A stretch of 64,000 bases of DNA from Massalongia carnosa (Eukaryota): positions 992,001 through 1,056,000 of the forward strand of contig OZ287083.1 of assembly GCA_965645245.1 (NCBI GenBank), written 5' to 3'. A model generated the notes under the pieces. The model had not been told where the DNA came from and made no database searches. It saw only the letters and a list, made by a program, of their open reading frames with translations. Within the stretch, counting starts at the first letter, position 1. Each line of letters starts with the position of its first letter. This document shows positions 36,401 to 47,232 of the stretch, one piece after another. A program made the translations under genes and the position numbers.

Positions 36401-36821
36401 CGGCGGCGAGTTGGCGACTCAATATCGGTATGGACGAAGGGCTATCTATGGATGAATAGGAGATTGGAGAAGGATTATACACGTTGTGTATATGCATTGT
36501 TTTCTCGTTTTCTTGTTCTTTGATTTTTATTTTCAGCGTGCATATGTCCGACGAGGGAAACTCAATCTCCCAGCTTTCCGGATCGATTTTTTCGTTAATA
36601 TAGAAGCACACTCTTGTGTCGCCACCTGGGCGATATAGAAGATGGAATCCACTTTGAAAGGAACTAAGCGTGGTCGGGCCGTTGGGGTTGCGCCACGGCT
36701 CTTGAATCGCTATTACATCGTAATTTTGTACTCTCTGATCTGCTAATAACGGTATCATGGTTGTTACGCGGTCATTTCTGACGTTGTACTGTAATATGTT
36801 GATAAAGTGTGTGTCCGTCAT
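33459..36821 (-). pseudogene. LINE ORF2 (APE endonuclease, reverse transcriptase, zinc knuckle) broken by two in-frame TAG codons
   Basis: QYNV, IQEPW, GDFNLHH, IDLVF, SDH (APE); GIPQGSPIS, GFVDD (RT); CSCG..QTAKHVIMHC; TAG at 36069-36071 and 33975-33977; three ORFs share one frame. Confidence 0.92.
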
Positions 36822-38475
36822 AGATCAGTTTCCATGTTTTCCGTTTGCGGGGGAATCGTTTTCGGTTCCACATTGAGGGGGACTTCGGGGGGAGAGGGAG
36901 GGGAGGGGGGAATCGTAGAGGGGGCGCGGGGGGGGGGATGGGTGGCTTCTGTCTCCGGCGCTGCTGATGCGGCGGGAGCCTGCTGCGCGGTTGCTACGTT
37001 TGGGGGTCTACCCAGAGTTGGCTTGGCCATCGCTCTTTGCATATTGCTAGGTTTTATAATCTCGATGTCTTTCCACGCTCCTCCTTGGACGGGGCCGGGA
37101 GGGGCGGAGGACCGGGGGTTGGGCGTGGTGGGCGAGGCAGCGGTAGCTACCTTTCTCTTCTTGTTCGTGATTACTTTGTTTGGGGTGAACGGTGGCGGGG
37201 TGGGATTGCTGACGGTGTGTGGTGTCGTCGGGGCGGTGGGTGGGATCGTTGGGTTTTGAGTGAAGACGAAAGTGGGGACCGGCATTGACTCGTTCACGGT
37301 GTACAGATATGCTTTGTTTTTTCTGGATTTTTCGATCTTTTTCTTCTCCAGTATTCTCACCTTGCAGTAAGGGACCACGCGACGTGCCCCCGCGAGTCGC
37401 AGCCCGCGCAGGCTGCGGCTCCGCCTGTAATTTCTGCGCTGCATTCGTCCGTCAGATGTTCTCCGGCGCAGCGGCCGCATCTCGTAGGAAGCTTGCAGTA
37501 TCTGCTTTTATGTCCATATTTGTAGCAGTTGAAGCACTGCATCAGTTTGTTTCCCTTTGAAAGCTTTTCGCAGTGCTTGATTTCGTAGTCCACCAGTAGG
37601 CCTTCCGTAATCAGGCGGTTTGCCATCGTTGGGGTTGCGACTTCCAGGCGTAATGTGGAATACAGTTTCTTTTCTCTGATTGCTTTGGTGGACCAGGAAA
37701 TCTTCACGATCTTCAGATTCGGATGTAATCGTGCGTTTACTGTGTGCAGATATTGAATTGCTCTGTCCTGATCGCTCGTTTGAACGTGTTCGACCTTTAC
37801 GTCGCTTGCCTGCACTATGTAGGTTCTTCGTTGGACCATCGCTGACGCGGCCATTCCGGTTAAGAACTCCGAACTTTCGCTCAGAGTCTTCTTGGCTTCA
37901 ACTGATTCGGTGTGTATTCTTATGTCGCCACTTGCAAGTCTCGTTACTCCGTGTATTCCTGGAGCGTTTCTCTGCAACGTTTCGACCAATTCTTTAGTCG
38001 ATAATCGTCTCAATTTATCCTTTTCTTCCTCGACCGAGATGGTTACAGTGAACACCCTAGCCTGCGTCGCTTCGTTGACTGCCCGTTGCGTGAGGTCTGG
38101 CCTGTTGGGCCTTCCGGCGGTGGTCGACGTTGCGCGTCGGTCGCTCTCTTTACGAGCCCCCTCCGCGGCGGCGCCTGCATAGCTTTTGGGGATTTTCGCG
38201 ATGTGTTTTCCTTTCTCGATGCGTTCTAGCGATTGTTTTATCTCCCGCAGGGTGCTCGAGACGTCGCCCTGTTCGTTGGAGGGTTCGTCGTCTTCTATTA
38301 GTTGTTGCGTTTGGAACGCGTTTCTTGCTTCAAGCAATAGACGTAACGCGTCCGGGTCGCCCACTTTTCCTACACGATTCAAGTACGATTCGATACTGGT
38401 TTGTAAAGAGTCTCTGGTTTTCCTATGATTATTCTTGCGTTGCACGTGGTCGTTTTCAGTTTCATCGTGCGTCAT
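36818..38475 (-). pseudogene. LINE ORF1 (gag-like, three zinc knuckles) with one frameshift near 37365
   Basis: QCFNCYKYGH..C, RCGRCAGEH...C, CAGCDSRGHVAWS; the final C-KVR continues in another frame (36818-37480 ORF). Confidence 0.85.
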
Positions 38476-38725
38476 TTTGCTAAGAATTCACGTTTTTCCT
38501 TGGGCTTCTATATTCTCTATGGATATAATGGATAAAATTTAGAAAATGCATAATATCTGCCATGGTGATTTGATAATACTGTGTATCAATCATAATTGCT
38601 GTCACTTCCCTTGACCACTTAACTGTCAGAGTAACTAATAGAGAAATTCGTGTACGCCAGCAAGTTAGTCTAACTGGAATAGGAAGTGAACAGACACCTT
38701 GGCGATGAGTAGATCTGGATTAGTT

Positions 38726-38731
38726 ACGCGT
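38726..38731. promoter_or_regulatory. MCB-like box (ACGCGT) upstream of RFC5
   Basis: ACGCGT about 80 bp before the ATG of a replication gene; a hexamer can occur by chance. Confidence 0.4.
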
Positions 38732-38808
38732 AGGCGTCATTTTAATTTTCATATTAAAATGGCTTAAACCAATGTTTCATTAGCTTCTCTTCAATTTGTA
38801 AATGGATA

Positions 38809-40163
38809 ATGGCTTTGCTCGTTGATAAATACCGACCCCGGTCTTTGGAATCACTTACATATCATGAAGATCTTTCGGGGCGGTTGAAGAGCCTGGTATG
38901 CATTATGCGAAAAATGCGAAGCAGTTGCTGACATCCTGTCTGAAGGTCCAGAGTGGGGATTTCCCCCATCTACTCGTATATGGACCTAGCGGAGCAGGCA
39001 AAAAGTACTTCAGGGCATGAATATCAGAGTTTTTGTCACTAAAGCCGCTGTAGAACTCGAATAGTTGCAACCTTGAGGGAACTTTATGGACCTGGTGTAG
39101 AAAAGATCAAAATCGATTCTCGGGTGTTCCAGACTACATCGAACCGAAAGCTTGAATTCAATATCGTCGCTTCAGTGTATCATCTTGAAATCACACCATC
39201 CGACGTTGGGAACTTTGACAGAGTGGTTGTCCAGGATTTGCTGAAAGAAGTTGCTCAGACACAGCAAGTTGATCAATCCGCACGACAACGGTTCAAAGTA
39301 GTTGTTATCAATGAGGCAGATCACCTTACTCGCGACGCCCAGGCGGCGCTAAGGAGGACTATGGAAAAATACAGTCCAAATCTCCGATTGATCTTGCTGG
39401 CCAATAGCACCGCAAACATAATTGCACCGATCCGCTCAAGAACGCTGCTCGTCAGGGTCGCTGCACCAACAGAATCAGATATTTGTAAGGTTCTGAAGAA
39501 AGTTGGAGCTGCGGAAGGATGGTCTGAAGCCGAGGGGCTAAACAGGAAAATTGCAAAAGAGAGCGGGAGAAATCTTCGGCGAGCATTGCTCATGTTTGAA
39601 GCTGTCCATGCTCAAAAGTATGAGAAGCGTTTCATTATCTATGGACCCTGCTGAATCGTGTCTAGTGAAAAGGTCACGGACGAAACACTTGTCCCACCAC
39701 CGGATTGGGAGGCTCTGATCGCCCAGGTGGCAGAGGAGATCATGGCGGAGCACACACCAGCAAGGATTCTACAAGTTCGTGCAAAGCTCTATGACTTATT
39801 GAGTCATTGTATTCCACCTACGACTGTGTTGAAGGCATGTTATGTATCTGGCTGCTTTCAACCCCTTTCTAACTGCTTGTAGACTCTCACCTTCAAATTA
39901 ATACCTAAAATCGACGATGCGCTGAAGGCAGACGTAATAAAATGGTCTGCATTCTATGAACATCGAATAAGACTAGGCAGTGTACGTTTTTTTTTAATTC
40001 ACATTGATGATTGGCTTGCTAACTTTGTAGAAACACATTTTCCACCTTGAGGCGTTTGTTGCCAAGTTCATGAGAATATTGGAGAGGTCAGCTCTTGTTT
40101 TATGAAAGCGGAACAATATGCTAATGAAATTACTACAGTTATCTTATGGGAATAGGGTTTTGA
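38809..40163 (+). CDS. RFC5: Replication factor C small subunit Rfc5, multi-exon
   Basis: MALLVDKYRP, FPHLLVYGPSGAGKKT, VVINEAD, AQAALRRTMEKYS, IAPIRSR, FHLEAFVAKFM. Confidence 0.95.
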
Positions 40164-40938
40164 GATATTTGGTTTGCCTGAGGCGCAGATAGGGCAAAAG
40201 GTGTCTCGAGTATCTAAGTTTACGTCATTTTAAGGTTCCGTCCACAGTCTACATATTCAAATGATATCATCAAAACGGAGAAATCTTTTAAGGGACATCT
40301 ACGTGTATTAATTGCCTCTGATCTTTGTGAAGCCTGGAAGATATGTCTTCAAACCTTATGGAAACTACGCCTGGCGGAGAATCATCTCAGTATTTATCTG
40401 CATTGTATAGTTGGCGCCCGAGCTCGAATTAATGCCAATATAGGTACGAGTCAATAAAAACCGTCACCAAGCCACATCCTAAACAAAATGGTCAATTAGG
40501 TAGTGAGTAGTCACTCTACTCGTTGAGAGCCTTAATTGGGAAGTTAGGCGTTTATACTTTCATCAGATGAAGAGATACAATCTGAAGAAGTATCGTCGCA
40601 AGACCAACAGCAGAAAGCTGAGCAAAGCAAGACGGCGGAGAAAATCAGATACGGACAGGCAATATCTGAGCAAGGCTTTGGCGGTAAAACAACGGAAGCG
40701 GCTAGGTTTTCAAATCAAGGTACCTAAAGTCCTCGTAACAGCATGCTGGCATGGGTTCTTCACTGTTCCCAGCTAAAGATTCGCAGATGGACTAGAGCCC
40801 GCGACTACTTCAGCTGCAGATAGTGAAGCGATTAAGAGCAGGCAAGATCAAGGTTACGGTCCAGGTTCTGGGGTGGGTGCATAGGTTTATATAATGCACC
40901 TGGCTCTGTACATTAGAGCGACTTCTGTACATACCCAA

Positions 40939-41744
40939 CTATGGCGGTGTAATAGAGCGTAGATGATCAGCTTCGACCTCTAAGGGAAGCTTCAACCAGG
41001 GTCTTTTCATCTCTTCCAGTGTCACGCCTTCTGGAACTTTGGTGAGCCCCATAACTGGTGGGTCTCCCTTCTTTACAAACTCATACAATCCTGTGTTTGA
41101 TTAGCCACAATTCCTAGTCGGGTTTAGAAAAATCCCTTTGGCTTACCCGGAAGCTTGTTGGCTGCCAGCCTGAAAGCATCCCTAACGATCTGCTCGTGCA
41201 GATCTCCTTTCAACTCAAAAATAATCTTACTGACCGCAATCCTGCTTGCCCAATAATCAAAGCTGCCTTTGCCTTTTCCCATACGACTTTCATTCCCACT
41301 GGTGTAAACCCCAATGTTGGCACACACCCTTGTGTAAAGTCGGTATTTTTGTCCTCGTAACCTTTTCTTGATGGCCTCGGCACCAATAGAAAGCTGTGAG
41401 GCGGATACACGACGGTCATGATCCCGCATTCGTAGACCATAGTCTCCCATTACTAACGTGGTCCCTCGTGTGCTACCTCCTGTTGGGACCCTACATCGTC
41501 CTTTTCTGTTCTTCTGCGTATGTCCCCGTCTGGGAACAAGCCAATTCCGGTTCCAAGGAGTTGTGGAAAAGGCTCGAAATGTTGGATGCTGGAAATAATC
41601 GGCGAATGCTTGAGAGGCTCGATTAGCGTTGGTAACTTGAATTTGAACTTGGTTGAATATCTTACGCAGAAAATTTAACCTTGGAACAGCGCTCGCCGTT
41701 GGAGTCCTCGAGAGCAATTTACAAGGCAACAGTCGAGGTTTCAT
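40939..41744 (-). CDS. MRPL16: Mitochondrial ribosomal protein uL16m, 2 exons
   Basis: KGRCRVPTGGSTRGTT..GDYGLR, RMGKGKGSFDYW, AFRLAANKLPG/LYEFV. Confidence 0.93.
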
Positions 41745-41846
41745 TTTGTGAACTTGTGAGCTGGACTAATCCCTAGGAAAGTCCCTTTCTAAAAGCCGCA
41801 TTTTCAAAGGCTGGCGCACGGGACTTCCCGAAGTTCCGTCACCACC

Positions 41847-41860
41847 ACGCGAAGCGCGTT
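41847..41860. promoter_or_regulatory. Paired CGCG (MCB-like) cores in the 211-bp divergent MRPL16/RFC1 promoter
   Basis: ACGCGAAGCGCGTT. Confidence 0.35.
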
Positions 41861-41955
41861 TGGAGTTCCCATCAAAACGAACCGTCCACCATAAAAGATC
41901 CTTTGATAGTAGCACTCCATTCTTTACTCCATAGCCCTAAACTCATACCATAATT

Positions 41956-44900
41956 ATGCCGCTAGACATTCGGAACTTCTTTGGTGGGAGAGGGGGAAAT
42001 AGCTCTAGCCAAGAACAACCAGCTGCGAAAAGTATTGTATGTATGCCTGTAATGTCTGTCATATTACCCAAACTCAACACTCGTTCTTTTATACTTGGTC
42101 CTGCTAGGGAATCTAGCGGTATTCACTATTATTGGAGTGAATGCTATTTTGCGCTGCACTTTCTATATCTTCAACGGCAGGCAGGCAGCATATCTCTCTA
42201 CGTATGATATGCTTGAAATATCTTCATACAAACTGATTCTTACTCGCAGCCCAGCGTAAAAAACCCCAAAACTCGAGGTACGGCGGGACGAATTCAACGG
42301 GCAAACTGCATACAAGTCTGATACGTATTAGGCAAAAGAAAGGTTGTCAGTGATAGCGATGATGAGGAGCAGGAGCAGACGTAAGAAGATTGTTATGAAT
42401 TCCTTAGTCTAGTCAAATGTCTTACGTCTGGCAGCGCCAAGAAACCCATACCTAAAAAGCCTCCATTTAAGAAACATATGTGAGCATATCATTACCGGAC
42501 GGCTGATCCGCATGGTATCCAATTTTGACGAGTTAAAGCAGAAAAGAGTCCCCTACTGGAGAAGTAACCACAACTTCGGACTATTTCGCTTCTAGTGGAA
42601 AATCGAAGCCGTTTCGTTCAACACCCACTAAGTCCAAATCGACATCTACAAAACCCGCCATTCAGACCACTCCCCAACCGTCTTCCATGAATAGCGCGAC
42701 TATAGCCAAATCCACGCCTTCCCTTAAGCCGCCCCAAAACACTAGGAAATCATCGCGGAAGAAGAGCAAACCAACTTATGTCACCGCCCAATCAACTGAA
42801 GAAGTAGCTCCCAAGAGCGAAGCTGACAGTGATTTTGACTTAAAGTTTGTCAAGGAAGATAAAGATTCTGGAGATGATATATTTGGTGCAGATTATAAAA
42901 GTCATAGAAAGGGGGCTGAGGATGATTATCCGATTGAAGACGCCGAGGACGAAAACATTCTACCAACCCCTAGCACTACCATGAGGGGTAATAAAGTAGT
43001 CGCCGCTAAGAAACAAAAGCCAAATGGTGACACTGGCGTAAAGATAAAAGATTCCAAATCTAGCAAGAACCTACTAGATGGTGGTAGACTGACTAATGGG
43101 CGCAACTTATCGAGAGGTCGTAAACGCAAATCCGTTGAGCTTGCAACTGAAGACGACGAGGAAGAAGACGACTTTGCTCCAGCACGCAGTCGGGCAAACG
43201 GTGCTGCATCAAAATTATTTACCAAGAAACTAACCCCGAAGAAAATACGCAATGGGCATAAAAAAGTAGACGCCAGCGAGAGGACCGAGGTTCAAGACAT
43301 CTTTGATAGCATCCCCACAATCAGACCGCCAACACCACCTACGCGAGATGAACCAAAGAAATTCGATTTTCGAGCTGCTGGCCAACGGTCTCAAGTTACC
43401 CCAACTACCAGCTCTACTGAGGCTCCGGTTGGTGCTGAAAACTGCCTGGCCGGACTGACATTTGTTTTCACCGGTCAATTGGTCTCGTTACAACGAGACG
43501 AAGGCACAGAGATCATCAAGCGCTACGGAGGAAAGGTTACAATGTCTCCAAGCACGAGAACAAGTTACGTAATTATGGGAGCTGATGCTGGACCTAAAAA
43601 GCTGGAAACTATTGCTAAGCTTGGGCTGAAAGTTATCAACGAAGATGGTTTGTTTGAGCTTATACGTAGGCTCCCCGCAAATGGTGGAGATGGTAAAGCT
43701 GCAGAGAAATTCGAGGCGAAAAAGAAGGAAGAGGAGAAGAAAGTGGCATTGCTAGCAGCGGAGATGGAGAAGCAAGAACAAAAGGCTACCAAAGAGGTTG
43801 CAGCCGCTAGGGAAACAAGCGATATTAGACTTAACAAGGACACAGATGGAAAATCCAAGAACAGTAGTGCACCAAGCATTGACTCGCGTTTATGGACCGT
43901 TAAATATGCGCCGACTGCCACAAGCATGATCTGCGGTAATAAAGGCCAGGTAGAGAAATTGCAAGGCTGGCTAAGAGCATGGCCGAGTAACGTCCGGACT
44001 AAATTCAAGAAAGCTGGAAAGGATGGCTATGGATCGTACCGTGCTGTCATGATCCATGGTCCGCCTGGTATTGGAAAAACGACCGCGGCACACCTTGCAG
44101 CAAATCTGGAGGGCTATGACATTGTCGAGAGTAATGCCAGCGATACGAGAAGTAAGAAGTTGGTGGAGACTGGATTAAAGGGGGTGCTCGATACGACTTC
44201 TTTACTTGGCTACTTTGCTGGAGACGCAAAGAAAGTGGAAGCAGAGAAGAGAAAGCTTGTCTTGATCATGGATGAGGTTGATGGGATGTCTGCTGGTGAC
44301 CGAGGCGGTGTAGGTGCTCTTGCAGCTGTGTGCAAGAAAACAAGGGTCCCTATGATACTGATTTGCAATGACCGCAAATTACCCAAGATGAGACCATTTG
44401 ATCATGTTACCTACGATTTGCCATTTAGAAGACCTACGGTTGACCAAGTACGGTCAAGAATCATGACAATATGCTTTCGAGAAGGTCTAAAGATTCCTCC
44501 CAATGTGATTAATGCCTTCATAGAAGGAAGCCGTGCAGATATTCGTCAGATCATAAACATGCTCTCAACGGCCAAACTTGACCAAGATGCTATGGACTTT
44601 GATCAAGGGAAGAAGATGTCAAAGTCTTGGGAAAAGCATGTTATCTTGAAGCCATGGGACATTGTTAGCAAGATTCTGGGTGGGGGCATGTTCGCGCTAA
44701 ATAGCACCTCTACTTTGAACGACAAGATTGAGCTCTACTTCAACGATCATGAGTTCAGTTCCCTCATGCTTCAAGAAAACTACTTAGGGACTAACCCCAT
44801 CCTCTCGAACACATCGTCTGGTAAAGAACGGAATCTCAAACTCCTGGAACTCATTGATAATGCTGCTGAAAGCATTAGCGATGGGGATCTTGTAGATCGG

Positions 44901-45793
44901 ATGATTCATGGCTCTCAACAACAGTGGAGCCTCATGCCTACGCATGCTGTATTTAGTTTTGTGCGGCCGGCAAGCTTTGTATCGGGGAGTCTAGCTGGAC
45001 ATCAAACACGATTTACTCAGTGGTTGGGCAATTTCAGCAAGACAGGTAGGAATCGTTATGAAGCTCTAAATCCTTAGTTTTGTTAACAAACCAACCAGGC
45101 AAGCTCTTGCGTTTGGTTAAGGAAATTCAAGGACATATGAGACTTCGTGCCTCAGGCGATCGTCATGAGATCCGACAACAATATCTCCCAGTTCTCTGGT
45201 ACAGGTTGATTCAAGATCTCGAGCGACGAGGAAAGGACTGCGTGGAAGATGTCATTGATTTAATGGACAGTTACTTCCTCACTAAAGACGACTGGGATGC
45301 CATCCTAGAACTTGGTGTCGGACCCATGGCGATGGAATCCGTCAAGCTGGAGGCACAAACCAAAGCCGCCTTTACCCGCCTTTACAATCAACAATCACAT
45401 CCCCTTCCCTTCATGAAGGCAAGCAGTGTTGTTGCTCCCAGGAAATCGAGCAAGGAGAAACCGGACTTGGAAGAGGCTATCGACGAGTCTGAAAGTGATG
45501 GCGATGCGATTGTGGAGGCAGACGCCGATGACGACGAAGACGATGCCCCGCTGGATCTCAAAAAGGACAAATACGTTAAGGCACCGAAGAAGAAAGCTAT
45601 ACCCAAAAATCTTAGCGCGAGGAAAGGCGGTTCGAAAGGGAAGAGAAAGCGGAAGGATGAGGAGATTGGCGATGAAGAGGAAGACAATGGTGTTGAGGAT
45701 GAGGAAGATAGCGAAGAAGATATCAAGCCGAAGAAAGGCAGAAGGCCTGCGAAAGGGAAAGCGATTGCTTCGAAGACGAAAGGTAAAAAATAG
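41956..45793 (+). CDS. RFC1: Replication factor C large subunit Rfc1, multi-exon
   Basis: MPLDIRNFF N-terminus; BRCT (CLAGLTFVFTG), LWTVKYAP, GPPGIGKTT, MDEVDGMS, RFC1 C-terminal domain, acidic/basic tail. Confidence 0.96.
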
Positions 45794-47232
45794 GCATGGA
45801 ATTTATGGAGCAACGGGTATGTTTCTCCTCTAACTAATCACCGGGGCTGGAAGACTAACATTGGGTGTTCAGCATAACTCAAAACCTATCAGCACATATG
45901 TTTTCTCATGTATTCTATATATTAAACTCCGGATCGGCGACTTGAAAAGGCATATTTACGCTTTGGAATCCTTTTCACAATGCCCTCTGTCTACGTCTTA
46001 AAAGGTTTCCTGTCACTTGGACTCTGAACGGCCGGTGGTTGGATTGGTAAATTTATGAAGAAGAATACATTTCCCTTCAGGTTTCTACTTCACTGTTTCA
46101 CAAGCCACGTTACTACCATACCCAAAACACAGCTCCCAGTCTCATCCCCTTTTTAACTCCACAATATTCTTTGCCCCAAGGCCAATTTCCTTTCCTCCCA
46201 GATCCTTTTAGCCCATTCGACATCTTTTTCGTACCGTATCCTTTGTCTCTTCCCTTTTTGTCATGCCTATGCTGTGAAGACCTACCATCCTCAGCAAATC
46301 TATCCTCATATTCTTAGGGATAGGTTTACGTTGGAAAGTGGGAGAAGGCGTTTTGTTGCGTCGTCTTTATAAGGGAGTTTTGGGTGAAGGTCAGTAGCGG
46401 ATTGGAAAGGATTGAATTGCTGGCAGTAGAAGAACAGCAAGAAACTATATAGTGGATTACATACTAACAGGCCACATCGCTGAGCCTTGAAACAGGGGGT
46501 CTGGGACGAGGAGTGCCCCAACAATAGGGGTCCCAATGAGAAGCCTAATGAAGAGAAAGAAGGGAAGAACGTGTAAGACAGCTACAGAATAAGATGAGAG
46601 CGTTGGGCAATCATTTGCCTAGATATATGGTACACCGTCTACTCTTGTTTATTCTTCTTCGTCCATATGCCAATGAGACCGCGGCTGGTCGTTCCATGTA
46701 GGATACGCAGCCAACTAGGTTCAATTGCCGATTCAATGCTGACCATGAAACCCGGAAGAAGGCCAGGGTGAGCGAGGGCCAAATTCAAGATCATGCCATA
46801 CGGGACTCACATGCCTTGTCCGAAGGGGCGGGGGCCTCGACATGGATAGCGCATGGCGGGATCGTCTTCGTGATTCATACAATACAGAGTCCTCCGTACC
46901 TACCTGTAACTTTACCGCGTAACGTTGTACAGAAAATGCCATGACCAGGGCCCGGCTGTTCAATCGAGGGTTTCAGCCCTTGGCACCGCCTCATTTGCAT
47001 GCTTCCCCGCTCCGCTCTTTTATGCGGTATTACGCCACATACCTGCATGGTTCGATCCTCAATCCGGGTTTCTTCCGTTTCTCTGAGCCTCATCCCTGAG
47101 CCTTTGGCTTGACGCTTATCGAGCATCGTGTTTCTTCTCCTTGTCGTTCCCTCTTAATTGAACAGCCTTGAGCCTTCGTTCATATCCGTTTGGTTTTTTT
47201 TCCGGTCTGATTTTGGGTTTCGCCATATACAT

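Larger units (their letters stand above)
33261..38498 (-). mobile_element. Near-full-length Tad1-like LINE, 5.2 kb, 14-bp TSD CTTGGGCTTCTATA, (ATCT)n tail
   Basis: TSD at 33247-33260 and 38499-38512; ORF1 with CCHC knuckles; ORF2 with APE, RT and zinc knuckle. Confidence 0.95.

Noticed and set aside
33466..38483. Numerous plus-strand and alternate-frame ORFs over the LINE (and over RFC1, DCL2, CDC4)
   Set aside because: Shadow ORFs of real coding sequence with no independent motifs
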